Numbered from the stretch's first letter, positions 45,526 through 60,238 are shown. The stretch: 64,000 nucleotides of DNA from the human T2T-CHM13v2.0 reference genome, Homo sapiens (GCF_009914755.1 NC_060925.1), one strand, 5' to 3'. Numbers and translations are program-made. Notes: generated by a model from the letters alone, not told the origin.

Positions 45526-46574
45526 TAAAGGTTCTGGGACATCCTGCAGTAACCTTATTTAACCTACAGTTTCCCAAACTAATTTGATCACAGAGTCCTC
45601 TTTTCACTTAAGGCCCTTTCTTCACCTGAACCTATGAATAGAGGGGAAGGAACAGGGCTGAGCCAGCTGAATCTGCTTTGAGTCCCAGCTGCCTGACTGT
45701 GGCAAGCTTCCTCATAAAGGAATGCTCTTCAGAGCCTCTGACATCCTCAGTCACAATTCTGATGCATTTAAATGCATTTCTTTGACCTCTCATACACCCC
45801 TGGGAAGGCTCTGCTTGCACGTCTGTGAGCTGTGCACGGATACACTGACAGTCCTATGGAAGTGGCTGACCTTTGTCACGATATCCGGGAGTAAAAATGG
45901 TCCAGACAGGCAGGTAAGCATGCGAACACTGAGTTCCAAAATCGTATCAGAGCTGCCTGCTCATTGGACCACTGTGAATGAGGATGGGCTCACCCCAGCC
46001 CCCTACTAACCTTTGCATCCTTTAACTGCCAGGACTCATACCTGACTCTAATAGAATGAACTTCTGTTCTCTGATACTACATCTTAACGTCCTCTGAGGA
46101 ACACTGTAGTGGCAGGTGGGTAAGCTGAAAATTTAGGAAGCAAATTACAATAGACATCCTAGCCAACCTCATTTCACAGTTCTGAGCAGCCCCAGTGGAG
46201 CAATCTTCCTGTTCGGAGGATCACGGCAACACAGGGAGTAATCACCATTTCAGCCCGTACATGGGAGGCCAGAAAGGGAGATCCTAGTGTCATTTAGGCC
46301 CAGGCTCTGCCTTGGCTATTGACAAGGTCTTTTAGGGTATGGGGTTACATTTTTGTCCCACTAAATGACAGCAGCATTTGGTGGGTAACATGCATACATA
46401 AGCGCATAGGGCCATCCATCAAATCAACAATTCATATAGTGAGTCTCTTGGGGAAGACATTCCCACGTTATAGGAACATGGGCCTTTTCCATTATATGAG
46501 AAAGTGAACTTACAGATACATAAGGGCAACTATTCCTTTCATTTTTAAAAATTTGTCACCTTTTACCAAAAGAA

Positions 46575-47080
<506 letters not shown>

Positions 47081-48594
47081 ACAGAGAAAATTAGTAACAA
47101 ACATGGAATTCCCTTTCACTCCAAGCTCCCTTTACACTAGGGACTGTCTCATGGTTGATACCAGATGGCCCGGTCTCGATTCTGCACAAGCTTGGTACTC
47201 TAACACCCCAGTTTTAGGAAGGCCTCAAGAACAATCTGCAGGGGCAGGGGACCTTTCTAATGATCCCACACACTCTCTGGACTGTATGGGATCATTAGGA
47301 AAAACAGGTATCAGCGCCCTGATGCAAGTCCTTCTGAACAATCCAGGGTTTAGCAGGAGGCCAAGGTGTTTGATCCTCTCTGGACATTATCATGGCTGGT
47401 CTTCCTTCTGTTCTCCGTCGACGTGACTTGTTAGCGTTAACAGTGCCTGTGGGCAGGAATTAAGAGGACAGCGAAAACTTGCTTTGCTAGTTAATGCTCT
47501 CTCTGCTCTCAGAGAGGGTCGAGAGACAACAAAGGCTCATTCCTGCCAGAACCAAGAACCCCCACCTCAACTCCCAACTCCTACCAAACATTAGCCACCC
47601 ATCTGACCCTCATAGACGTCTCCAAGATCGAAAAATATCCTTTGGCAAAAACGAATCATTGGCAATTTGGTTATTTTAACTACTTCTGTGGCCAGGAGAG
47701 AAGGATGAGAGTTTCAGCTGGATATAAACAGAAGCAGGAGCTTGAAGAGGATGAGAGAAAATGAAGCCAGTGCTATGATACAGTCCAAGACAGCCTGGTT
47801 TCAGTTGAGCTGAGGAGAAACTGAAGCTGATTTCAAACGAGTCTGAAAACCCGCATCCCTGTGCTCCCCTCGCATAGCCACTGGCCTTCCCATCCTCCGT
47901 GCGGTCCTGAACTGACCATGCACTCACAATAGCACATTCAGGGCTGGCCATAGGGAGCCGTCTTCGTGCAAGGCAAGTTCTTGAGAGAGGAGTCTGTGTT
48001 TATGAAGGTTAATTCCAGGCTCAGCCAAAGGCCACCTAAGGCACAAATGCTCCGAGTCGGTTGGGGTTGGTGTGTTCCATCCGCTGCTGGGCACCTCTCT
48101 AGGATGCGTATTTCTAGTCAGTGGACCGTCCTAAACATGTGAAGCTGCTGACAGATGAAAGCTGGCCTTGCTTGTGGCATCCATTCTTCAGGGCTTGTAC
48201 CTGCTCTTATAAGGAAGTAGAACTCAGAGAGCACTCACTGGCAGCAGGGGACTGGTCCTACACTCACAGCAATGTCCCGACTCGGTTTCAGTGATGGCTT
48301 CAATGTCTCATTTTGTGTCACCAGTGTTGATGAAACCTTGACAAGGCAAAGCAAAACGACAAGCACGCCCTGAGCAGAGCCCCGGGAATTCAACCTTTAA
48401 GTGGATAACTTGGCTTCTGGTTTGCCAAGGAACCAGGGCATCAAACAGATGAAACAGCCTATTGTCCATTTCAACAGGATTTTTCAGGAGTGGGGATGAT
48501 CTTTCAAATTATCCACAACTTAATTATTTAATATTTTGATAGTCAATTACCTAAGACACGGCATCGTCACTGACCAATCAGAAGAGATGCCAGT

Positions 48595-48817
48595 AGTTGG
48601 GCGCAGTGGCAGCACTTTGGGAGGCTGAGTGGACAGATCACCTGAGGTCAGGAGTTCGAGACCAGCCTGGCCTACATGGTGAAACCCCATCTCTACTAAA
48701 AATACAAAAATGAGCCAGGCATGGTGGGCACCTGTAATCCCAGCTACTTGACAGAGTGAGCCTCTGTCTCAAAAAAAAAAAAAAAGAAGAAGAAGAAGAA
48801 GGAGAGGAAGAAGATGA
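48595..48817 (+). mobile_element. AluS with two internal deletions and GAA-converted tail
   Basis: Junctions gtggc|agcactttgg and cagctacttg|acagagtgag; TSD agaagagatg(c/g)cag. Confidence 0.9.
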
Positions 48818-50696
48818 AGAAGAGATGGCAGCCACAGCTGGGAGACGGGTCCTAGAAATCCCCCGTAGTGCAGGGCATCCTCCCTGTTTGCTTCTTGGAT
48901 TCTGGGAAAGTCCTCAGTGGCAAGCCTGAGAGGCTGGGCAAAGGGGCTAGAGCAGTGGCTATTGACCTCCAGGGAAGAGGCATTCTATGGCCTGAACAAG
49001 CAGCAGGCAGCACCAGGTCTGGGTGATTCTCCGTCCTGCAGTCGTGGGAGATGAGGGCACGTACACGAGGGAAGAAGCAGAGAAAAGAAGCCTCTGCAAC
49101 CTTCGCATTTTTTATCACACTGTGTTAGTACCCAGGAGACTTTAGCCTTCCCAAATCTCACTGGATCAATAACTTCAGGAAAAAGAATTTCCAGGAGCCA
49201 ATTTCCACATTAGTTTAGGTGCCGGGAGGTCTTTGGAAACTCAGCCCGAGACACCCGGAGACTTCTAGTCCACCCCCGGGGAATTCAGTTCAATCCTCTG
49301 AAACACTCAGACTATCTCCTCTAGGCACCGCCAGCTCAGGTTTCTACTCAGAACACATACATTTGTGTCTGGGGAAAGGCAAGGCATGAAATATACTTCA
49401 CTGAAAGGTTGAAAAGCATGGAGGGTAAAGTTAATTTTCAAAGAAGAAAGGAAGTCAACGGCATAACACAATGGAATGTGTGATTCACCTCTGCAGGGCA
49501 GACATTGATTTTCCCACCAGGGAGTATCATCGAATTAGTTGGCAGTTGAAAATATGATCTCTGACTTTTTTTTCCATTCCCCTTAGGTCCTACATTTTAT
49601 TTTAAGACCATGAAACAACATGAGATTAAAAGTGTCATCCAGAAACAGAAGTGGAAAAGATGCAGTATTTCTTTTGTTCAAAGAAAATATTTTTGAAGTT
49701 ATTTCACAACTAAAATTGCAATGACAGGTGTGTGGGTGGGGTGCATGGGCTCTCCTCACTTGGTTCATATTGGACAGAGGGGAAGCCTGTGGGCTTAGGG
49801 GGCACAGACCCCTCCCATGAAGAGTCAGCATCAGGGCTGCTCTGGGTGTAACCCAGGTCCTGCACCGTTTCCAGTGGCTGGTGTCCTGGGAATAGGCATC
49901 AGTCGGAAGCCACACCTTCACCCTGCGGGGGATGAGGAGGGCTAATGGTGGGAGAAATCATTCAGGTAAGAAATGTTCTCCCACCTCCTAGATGTGTGGC
50001 TTTGGGTGAGGTGCTCAACTCTCTGAGCCACAGCTTTCAGAGCTCTAAATGGGGACTCATAATTTCTGCTATATCTAGATACATGTAGGTCTAGGTTTAG
50101 GTGTTCTGATGCCTAACATTTTGTATACCTTCTTTAAGAATGCCAAGTTGACAAATGCAGAAATGGGAACGGAGTTTTCAAAGGGGCTCCTGCAAGTGGA
50201 AGGCCCTACAGTTTAAGTCTCGTTAGTGTCATGGTGAATCTAACTTTGCACACCTGCCTATCTCAAATAAGAGGTACGTATATAAATGTACATCTCAAAC
50301 TATAATTATATAAATACATGATGTTGAATTACTCTATAAATCTGTAATACTTAATGTATGCTATGTGAGGTGCAGGAAATAAAGCTGTGCAGGAGACTTA
50401 CAATCCCACCCGTATGAAACCTAAAATCTAGAGGTGTTGCATTATCATCTATGGGAGGACATCTATTCAGAATGTCCTCTGAATCCTGAACTTGGAAGTG
50501 AGGCAGATCACAGTGGAATGGCTTGATTGCTCGTCTGCAGCACTAGCCCCTCTCAGGGCTCTCTGAGGTCCTGATGCCACACCTGGCTTTCTGGACGGTG
50601 AGCTCTGCTTGACCTCTGTCTCTGCCCTCTCCTTGCCAATCACTGCCTTCTCACTCACTCTCATTTTGAAACCCTCACAGCACCAGGCCAGCCTTT

Positions 50697-51002
<306 letters not shown>

Positions 51003-51034
51003 CAGGCCAGCCTTTCTAACCTTTATTTTCAAAC

Positions 51035-51260
51035 AGGAATGGATAGCGGTTTCCTGGGGAGGCGGGGGCGACAGTAAGAGAATGAGGGGGTGACAGCCAA
51101 GGAGCATAGTTTTCTGGGGGAGGGTAATTAAAATGTTCCGAAATTGATTGTGATGATGGATACATAACTATGTGACTACACTAAACCCAGTGATCTGTGT
51201 ACTTTCAGTGGGTCAGTTATGTGGTATATGAATGATAGCTCAATAAAGTTGTTAAAAATA
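51035..51260 (+). mobile_element. L1MB 3' terminal fragment
   Basis: 'aaatgttccgaaattgattgtgatgatgg...ctcaataaagttgttaaaaa'. Confidence 0.75.
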
Positions 51261-51269
51261 TGAACGGAC

Positions 51270-52400
51270 AACCAAGAAGCATCTAAAATTCAAGAAAAGC
51301 TTGGAGCAAGAGAAAGCAGAATTAATAAGCAGGGGGAAAAATGAAGAACACTCAGTTCATTCAGAAAAAAAAAACAATTTTTTAAATGACCAATTATCCT
51401 TTGAGAGACTCAAGAAGATGCTGCATCCACAAAATAAGAATAGGGAGCCATGAAAAAGGAACTATCCAAAAACAAGAAAGAGTTCTTGTGAATTATTAAA
51501 ACAATAAGTTTCCTAAGAGATAAAATTTTGATTAAATGTCTGCACAATGAAGTCAGGGATAATCCCTAGAGCATAAAGCAAAAGGCCCAGACACTAGAAA
51601 AAGAGAAGTTTAACATGTGATAACCAGCACTTTCAGAATGAAAGAACAGAAAAACAGAGGAAATAAAATTAAAAAGGAAAAAATAGGGAAAACTTTTCCC
51701 AGAGCTAAAGGAAGACAAGAATGTTTAAAATAAAAGGGTCTTGTAGGAATGAAAAAGATACCCATGCCAAATACATCAGTGTGAACTTTCAGAACATCAA
51801 AGAGCAGAGCAGAGCCTAAAACCTTACAGAAAAGATAAAACGGGTGATTGACAAAGGATCCAGAAGCCAAGAAGCATCAGAAATAACAGATCTTACGAGA
51901 CCGTGTAATAGGCTTTTGAAATTTTCATTGAAAATTATTTTGAATGGAGAATTTTATATTCTAATTCTCCACCAAGAACAAGAGTACTAAATCTCAATCT
52001 AATAGTGGGAAATCAAGAGATACTGCCTGAAGTTGATGGAACAAGAAATAGAAATTTCAATATAGTGTTTGAGGTGTCACAGGTTGCCAATAAAAGAATT
52101 AAAGTACTATTACCTTCATGGAAAAAGAGATGTAGAATAGAGAAAAGAACATAATAAAAGCTAGATCTTTATTTTTCATACCTAGGAATGGACCACTTCT
52201 TCAGTTGTAAGAAACTTCAATCTAAAAATACTACATAGAGGTAATAAATATAACTCTGAGAAGTATTGAAAACAGACATGGTTAAAAAAAAAAAACAAAG
52301 TTGCAGCTAAGGAGCAGGTCTGAAAGGAAAAGGGAGGGATCCCAGGGGGAGAAGAAACCCACTGCTTTTTATTTTAAAAATGAGATATAAGGCCAAACTT
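51270..52400 (+). mobile_element. HAL1/ancient L1M-like fragment
   Basis: A-rich degenerate ORF1-like motifs ('gaaaacttttcccagagctaaagg', 'agaattttatattc'). Confidence 0.5.
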
Positions 52401-52661
52401 TTTTTTTCAACTAATTAACGGGACTTTTAAATACAGATCCTAGAAGCACTGCAGAGAGCCAAGGCTTGGCATCTGGGTAGCTGCGCACTTCCAAACTATG
52501 CTGCATGAAAGCATTTCACAGACCGTGAGTTGTCCAGTTACTTAACTTTGGGAGATACTGTCATTCTTGATGTCCCTTTTACAGATTCAAAACATACATT
52601 AAGTTATTAAAAGCTCTGAGAAGTTCTGTAGAATATAAACCATTTTGACTTCATTTAAATA

Positions 52662-53921
52662 CAGGTCAATTTGCTGAAAGACCAATTTGATGAACTGTTC
52701 ATTTGCTGATGTTACTAAATTTACCAACTTTTTTAAAATAAAGATTTAATACTCACAATGGGATTGTTTTCAAAGTTTTGATAGGAATGTGCAAGTTGCA
52801 AAAGAAAATTAAATAGCCAAAAAGTGAGTAGAGCACACATTAATATAAACAGAGAAGATTTTACAAATGAGATTTTTAGACTACTTCTGGTTTCTTTTGG
52901 ACATTTCTGGATATCATTTTTAACTTTGCTTAAAATTTTAAGCATTCTAAGGTTTACTTTCCCTCATTTCCTCCATGACCTACTGGCCTTTATTGTGTAT
53001 TTCTAACAATTAAACATTTAAGTTAAATGTAAATTCAAATGCATCTCAAGGACATCAGAATTTTAAATTAACTTAGATCTAATTCAAATTCTAAACGGAC
53101 GGAAACACAAAATTAAGGTTAAACTATTTACAAATTGGTGAAAGAACATTAAAAATTCTTTACAAAATAAAATAACATTTTTAAAGCATATAAAAAAATA
53201 AAATATAGTTGAAACAATCCTGTCACATATGAAATGCCAAAACTTCAGGTAGAAAAATTGTATTTCATATAGGAATTGTTCAAATGATGCCGAATTCTGT
53301 TGTCAGCCTTCCAGCATTTTAGAATTTTCTTTTCTACTGATACCTCAGACAGGAAACATCTTAATATTAGTTAATACAGTCATGTGCCACATAACATTTC
53401 AGTCAATGGACTGCATATGTGATAATAGTTGTTCCACAAGATTATACTGGAGCTGCCCTATGCACCTATATAATTTTAAATTTTATGACATATTTTTGCC
53501 CTATTTTTTCTATGTTTACATACACAAATACCTGCCACTGTGTTACAACTGGCTACAGCATTCAGTACAATAATGTCCTGTACAGGTTTGTAGCCAAGGA
53601 GCACCATATAGTCTAGTTGTGTAGTAGGATTTCACAATCTAGGTTTGTGTAAATACATTTCATGACGATTGCGTGACAACAAAATCATCTAATGACGCAT
53701 TTCTCAGAACGTATCCCCATTATTAAACAATGCATGACTATATTCAGAAAAGCATCTTTCATTGTCACCAATACAGGATCAAACACTTAGTAGACAGGGC
53801 TACTAAATCGTCATGGGTAAATGTGCATATCTGAAAACTAGGCTCTTCGTGGACTTGGTGTACAGTGAACTGGCTTTTGATGAATTGGCTTTCCATAATT
53901 GATTTTCGGCCAATTGACCTG
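52662..53921. mobile_element. Unassigned TIR DNA transposon fossil
   Basis: caggtcaatttgctgaaa ... tttcggccaattgacctg with subterminal repeats. Confidence 0.65.
53377..53740 (-). mobile_element. Tigger3a (MER7A-type)
   Basis: TA-flanked TIRs cagtcatg...catgacta; 'tttctcagaacgtatcccc'. Confidence 0.88.
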
Positions 53922-54234
53922 AAGCCATTTTACTTAACCTAGCTTTTCCCAAATTCATTTGACCAGGATTCTCTTTTCAAGTCAATGGAACAATTATCCT
54001 GACAGAACACACTCTGGAAACCAATACTCAACAGGAAGGAAGTCATATGCTTGTACTACAGGCCCTGGGGAACAGCAAGCCGACTTTGATAATAATAATT
54101 AGAAACTGCTAACAGGGGAATTAATGAGAAAAGAAACTTAACTTATATCCAGATGCCATACTTCTATAAATCGGCAGACTATATATTCTATTCACTCATC
54201 TCCACTGGTGAAAAGTTCCACGTTTTATATTAAT

Positions 54235-54537
54235 TTTTATTTTACTTTTTTTTAGAGATGGGGTCTTGTTCTGTTGCCCAGGCTGGAGTGCAGTGGTACA
54301 ATCAAAGCTAACTGTTACCTCGAACTCCTGGGGTCAAAAGTGATCATTCCACCTCAGCCTCCCGATGAGCTGGGACTAAAGGTGCACCCTACCATGCCCA
54401 GCTAATTTTCTAATTTTTTGTAAGACAAGGTCTTCCTATGTTACCCCAGGTTGATCTCAAACTTCTTGCCTCGAGGGATCCTCCCACTTTGGCCTCCCAA
54501 AGCACTGAGATTACAGGTGTGAGCCACCACACCCAGC
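54235..54537 (-). mobile_element. AluJ
   Basis: Diverged dimer with J diagnostics. Confidence 0.9.
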
Positions 54538-54759
54538 TTATATGTATTTTTTTAAAATAAAAACATTTTAATAGAAAATTCATGGGTGGGAATGAAGTGT
54601 TTGTGTTTTTTCTCTCTCATGTTCTTTGGGTCTGAGAAAGCCTTACACAGCATGCTTCCATGTCATAATACTCTCCCACTCATGATGGCTGCTGTGGGAA
54701 CTGCCAGCAGTGAGGGCTGGTAGGGAAGAAAGCAACACAGGCCAGGGATCACACACTTA

Positions 54760-55005
54760 CGAGCCCACTGGGGTAGACAGGATGTGGACGAGTAAAGCCA
54801 GCCTGGTGGGGAACTAGTGGAGACTTTGGCAAACTGACAGAGAATACGCCAGGTTTAAGAAGGCAGCTGCTACCCAGCATAGCTACAGCTGCTTTGGGGA
54901 TGTGGATCCACTGTACCAGTCTTCTGATTCCCCAGGCAAAACTAGAAATTTAAGTTAAAAAAATAAAATAAAATCTCCTGCTTTTTAGAAGTTAGCAAAT
55001 ATTTC
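54760..55005 (+). mobile_element. MER102-type hAT-Charlie fossil
   Basis: 'gtggagactttggcaaactg...ggcagctgctacccagc...aaatctcctgctttttagaagttagcaa'. Confidence 0.65.
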
Positions 55006-55043
55006 ATTAAAATATCCACCATGTGGCTAATCAGAAATGTTTC

Positions 55044-55058
55044 ATATATATGAATGTG

Positions 55059-55099
<41 letters not shown>

Positions 55100-55122
55100 A
55101 TATGTGCATATACATATATGTG
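55044..55122. repeat. Compound (TA)n/(TG)n microsatellite
   Basis: Directly visible. Confidence 0.95.
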
Positions 55123-55359
55123 AAACAAAGTAACATCAGTTGTATTACCTTAAACCACCAAGTTACACAAAAAATTATAAGCAACCAAAGCTATACTAAC
55201 TCCTCAGGATGTTGTCTTGGAACCAGTCGGAGGAAGGAAAGGTTATGTGTGGTCCTAACCTTATGGACCACATGATAACTCATGACAAGAGAGGCAGTGA
55301 GAATTGGAGCTGAGTTAGTTTGTTTTGTACTTTATTTGTGGCTGAGACTAAAGAAGTTT

Positions 55360-55910
55360 TGGAGGATTTTGAAACTCAGAATCTGAAAGCTAGAAGGGAC
55401 ATTACAGTCATGTGGGCAACCTCCTATTCAATAAAGGAATTATTTGGGTACAATTCCAACAGGTTGTCAACTAGTTGTTATGTAAACACTTCCAACGATG
55501 GAGTGTTGGATGCTCCATTATTGGGTACCTGAGGTGTTACAAACTGTTCTTCCTAATTTGCTGGCATGAAATGTGTCTTTCCTCAATTCCAAGTAACAAG
55601 TCCTAGTTCCTCCTCCTCTGGCCAGGAGGAAAACTCTTCTTCCTTCCTACAAGACAGCCTTTTAAAATGTTTGGAAATTTACAGCAGGTATCCCTCTCCT
55701 TCACAGTCTTTTAACCTTGTGATGAAATACCTCCAGTTCTCATCAGCCATTTCTCATCATATGGCTACAGAATTCTTCTCATGATGGTCATCCTCAGCTA
55801 GAAACTGTCTAGACGGGGTGATGGATACATGTACCCCATCCTTTGATGTTGATACTATACTTAAAATAATGCAGCCTAAGGTTGGATTAGCTTTACTGCA
55901 CTGCACTGTT
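55360..55910 (-). mobile_element. CR1/L3 fragment
   Basis: 'cagaatctgaaagctagaagggac', 'tgaaatacctccagttct', 'taatgcagcctaag'. Confidence 0.5.
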
Positions 55911-55949
55911 CTCTCTGGACCCCCCAGATATATGTTATGATTTTTATGT

Positions 55950-56400
55950 TGTATGAACCAAGAAATCCAATTCAAATAGGCTGACGAAGTAAAAATAAAG
56001 TTTATCAGCCTAATTGCTTATGCAACTCAACAGTACAGGAGTAAATGTGGTCTGAGGCAGTGTTTAAACAATGTGATCAGGATCCGGTTTTCCTCTTTCC
56101 ATTTCTCACCTCTACTTCCTTGGTTTCTTTTTTTTTTTTCTTCTGATCTCTTTTAGTCCCAAGAACACTAACGGCCTGCAGTCTTAGGGTTCTATGCTCC
56201 CTTAGTTATGAGCAGTAGTAAAGGAGAAGTCTTCTTTCTTAATAGTTCGAATGAAAGGCCAAGAACGGACGACCATCACTGGCTCCAACATGAAGCCACC
56301 TGGCTAACATGGGTCACATGACCAGGGAAACATGACTTTTCTAGCTTTAGCCAATCACAGACAGACTGCCTCTGTGGTCAATCACATACACACGACATGG
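55950..56400 (-). mobile_element. Old MLT1-type LTR
   Basis: 'agaaatccaattcaaataggct...gcttatgcaact...aaacaatgtgatcaggatcc'. Confidence 0.45.
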
Positions 56401-59400
56401 CTAGGACCCATTTGAAGTTATATTAAGAAAGAATGCAGAAATTAATGTTATTGGAAAAACCAAAAATAATCTACTAAACACTAGAAAAATTTCTCCAGCC
56501 TATTATTGAATTTTACTTCCAAATGAAGACTTTTCCCTGTACCCCTACTCACTTTGATGCCAAATGCTTCTGATTAAGGAATTAATTTGAACTTTGGTTC
56601 AGCTCTCCAAAAGATTCTTCTCTGCTTTGAATCCCTTCCATATTTGATATACATAACTTCTACGTATTCTTCTCATTAAGTCTTTGATTAATGAGAACCA
56701 TTAAGACCAAAAAAACACTGAGCTTTGAGGCATATACCCCACTGCGTATTTCCCCAAAGGGGTCTATCAATCTGTGAAAGACTATGGTTCAGAAATAGCT
56801 ATTTAAAAGGTATAAATTAACCTCACTAACTCCTATTTTTCCATCCATAGGAAATGTGCCAGGAGACACTATCAAATGCCTTGCTGATATCAAGGTGCAC
56901 TGTTTCTGTAGCATTTCCAAAATAAATGCTACATTTTGTAGCATTCTGGCTATATTACTTAATGCCTGTAGCCAGAAGGAGATAGCACACAGGGGAACTG
57001 GAGAACCTCCATAGAGTATGTCACACACTGCCATCAGGTACATCAGGTCCTGACATAATTTCTTTGCTCCAGGTAGGACCTCAGCTGCTTTCTAGAGATC
57101 CATCTTTTCCTTTTCCAGCTCTCAGACTTCCTCCTAAATGGCTGGCTTGTGCTCTGGTCCAAGTGGGTCCTGCTGTTCCCTTGGAAATTCTAAGAACCTG
57201 CTCTTGCAAAGCTCAATCCCCAGTGCATAACATAATGGCGGAGAGCTGCTGCTTCCTTCTCTCTCATGTAATTGTCCTTTCATCAGTCTTTTTATTGGAT
57301 TCTCTTTACCATCTTTGAGTCGTTTTCTATCTGAAATGTTTATTAGACTATTTCTGAGTGGAATAGTACAGTGGACATCTATTCTTCTGGTTTGTCCAGA
57401 GTTCACCCACCCTCCTAGGTTTTCAAGAATGTCTGTCCCATTTCAAACCTGCATTTTTGGCAGGGCTGCCAGCACCTCATCTCCCTCGGTCCAGGCAGGG
57501 TTGGGTGTGAGACCCACAAAGGCCAAAGCCATCCATCCCAAATACACAGTTTTTAAATCTGGAGCTGGAGGGAATAGAACTTTTTCTTTTGTTATACAGA
57601 TAGCAGAACATGAATGGGGTGGGGGGGAAGAAGCTGCTGGAAGCCATCTGTCTCACCACGCTGTGGACAAGACTGTGAGGAAGAATGAGGACAGCATCCA
57701 GGAAGGGAAGGAAGGAGGGAGAGAAAAAGAACGCAAGAGCAAGAAAGCAAAGGAGCCAGACGTCAGTCCGACGGCCCAGACTGCATCCCTGAATTCCATC
57801 GCAGTAGATCTGTGGCTGGCTGTGCAGTGTGTAGGCAACAGATTCTACTCTGCGTGAAGGTGCTCAGGTGGATTTCTGTTACTTGTATTAAAATTAGCAT
57901 CACAGAGTCATATGGTAGGAAAACAGAATGGTATAGTGGAAAGACCACTAGAGCCCTCTGTAGTGTAGTAATAGTTTATACTTTTCTAACAAAGCCAATC
58001 TGGGTTCAGGCTGACTCAAATGCTTTAAAAAATTATAGCCAAAATAAAATAAATGAATCCATGGCCTGAGTTTGAATCTTGGCTCCGTCATGGAGTGTGC
58101 AAGTTACTAAGTCTCAGCCTCAGCTTCTGCCACAGAGGACAAGAGAGGTTAACATCCTTCTCACTCTGGCTGTGAGGATTAGAAGGACAAGCAAGTTGCT
58201 TGGTCCACAGTAGCCTCTTAATAAATAACAGCAATTACTTTTCAGTTAAAGAAAGTTGAAAGGTAGAGTCCTTAAAGTCCTTTCACCTACTCCCCTAGAA
58301 AGATGATGCTAACCAATAGCTGGCAGATGCTTTTATGATTGTTGAATCCAGTTTATCTCACGTTGGGAGGACATTACGGTGCTATTTCCAATTACAGGTG
58401 AGAGCAGATTTGTTCCTCTTTCATACTGAAGGGCAGTGTTATTATGATTGGTGTCCTTTATGCAGGAAGAGCAATTTCCATCATCTGTTTCCCTCTTTGC
58501 AGAGCAGGGCACTGTCTCCACTCCTCTCACTACTCCCAAGCCCCTGCTCTCTCCCTGTTCAAAGGCTATGGCTGGCCACCCTTGCTACTTCAGTTCCCCA
58601 GAACCTGGCTGGGCCATTTCCCTTAACACATCTAACAATAAGAATAGTACACATTTTTCCATTCTATCTCACGAGCTCAAGAGCTTTATACTAACCAGCC
58701 CAGAAGATATTTTCCTTGCTCTAAATAACTGTAATTTTGGGGGTCATTTATACCCCACTTTTTATTTCTTTCAAGGACCTCTTACTGCTCATTATAAATG
58801 CCATTATCCTTCTCTACAAGCGATCAAATATTATAAGGTCTGACAAGTTAGTTTTATGTTTGCATTGTAACTGAAGTCCCATCCATCTATCCTTCGGGAG
58901 TTTCTGAAAACTCTATATGAACTTCACTCAAAATACACAAGTAGCATGTAAGCGTGCTGATCATATTTTTAAAATTATGAAGTGTGTCCTTTACATAAAA
59001 TTAAAATGGGTTTTAATGTGTTTGAGTCATTCAAAGTTTTATCCTTCATTACCCATTTTTCAGGCCCACCTGATTTCTTTTGGCTCCCTACAGGGGAAAT
59101 GGGATTTCTTTTTTTCCTACTTTCTCTTCCACGAGGTGAGAAAAAGAAAAGAGAGCAGCTTGGTAGCTGCACGGAAGCCAAACAAGAGACTGATTCAACA
59201 GGAGAAATTCAATGCATCCCAAAAGATTCCCTAGGAATTTGGTATCCTGCTGCTTAGAGTACAATTTGTTGTAATAAGAAACTGAAAATTTTTCTATCAG
59301 GAAAGTCAAAGTGCTCAGTGATGGCTTGTTCAAGTTAAAAAAAAATTGAACTACAATGGAAAATGTCTTATTCTGGAAATGCTTTCACAACATAGGAAGC

Positions 59401-59433
59401 CTAAACACAATTTCTCAAATCATATATATTGCT

Positions 59434-59545
59434 CATACACACTGGTCAACACAAACAAATGTTTTCCTGTTCAGGTGACCTAGCCCCATACATACTGGTG
59501 AACCACAAACAATTAAATGTTTTCCTGTTCAGGTGACCTAGTCCC
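59434..59545. repeat. ~55-bp imperfect tandem duplication
   Basis: cataca(c/t)actggt...aaatgttttcctgttcaggtgacctag twice. Confidence 0.9.
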
Positions 59546-59627
59546 AGGAGTGGAGTGTGGCTTCCATCTTATTCCACAAGGAAGTTGTTTATACTGAAAG
59601 TCAGGCAAATGCAACAGAGATAAAGTC

Positions 59628-60238
59628 TTTTTTTTTTTTTGGAGACAGGGTCTCATGCTGTTGCCCAAGCTGGAATACAGTGGTATGAACATGGTTCACT
59701 GTAGCCTCGACCTCCATGGGCTCAAGTGATCCTTCCTTCCACCTCAGCCTCTGAGTAGCTGGAACTATAGGCTTGAGCCACCATGCCGAGTTATTTTTTT
59801 CTGTGTGTGTGTGTGTGTGTATTTCTTGGTAGAGATAGGGTTTCATCATGTTGCCCAGGCTGGTCCCAATCCTGGGCTCAAGTGATCTGCCCACCTTGGC
59901 CTCCCAAAGTGCTAAGGCCTACAGGCATGAGCCACCTTGACTGGATTTTTTGTTGTTGTTAAGAGACAGAGACTGACTCTTAACCCAAGTTGGAGCATGT
60001 GGTGGTTCCCTGCAGCCTCGAACTCCTGGGCTCGAGGGATCCTCCTGCCTCAGCCTCTCAAATAGCTGGGACTACAGGCACCAACCACCACCACGCCCAT
60101 CTACTTTTTTTATGTTTAGTAGAGATGAAGTCTTGCTGTGTCACCCAGGTCTGTCTTGAACTCCTGGGCTCAAGTTATCTTCCCACCTTAGCCTCCCAAA
60201 GTGCTGGGATTACAGGTGTGAGCCACTGTGCTAGGCCC
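59628..60238 (-). mobile_element. Two tandem AluJ elements (first has a (TG)n-converted linker)
   Basis: 59628-59945 and 59946-60238; J diagnostics such as 'ctcctgggctcaag'. Confidence 0.9.

Larger units (their letters stand above)
43850..45605. mobile_element. MER103C-like fossil split by a ~1.6-kb insertion
   Basis: Left part 'tttcccaaagtgtgttccatggaac...aagtttgggacaatg'; collinear right part 'aaggttctgggacatcctgcagtaa...tttcccaaactaatttgatcacag'. Confidence 0.6.
52485..54022. mobile_element. MER103C-like fossil split by a TIR-bounded insertion
   Basis: 'aaagctctgagaagttctgtag' continues as 'ttaacctagcttttcccaaattcatttgacca...gaacacactctggaaac'. Confidence 0.6.

Noticed and set aside
57315-57857. 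180-aa ORF
   Set aside because: Non-ATG start, purine-rich low-complexity middle, no recognisable domain or exon boundaries.
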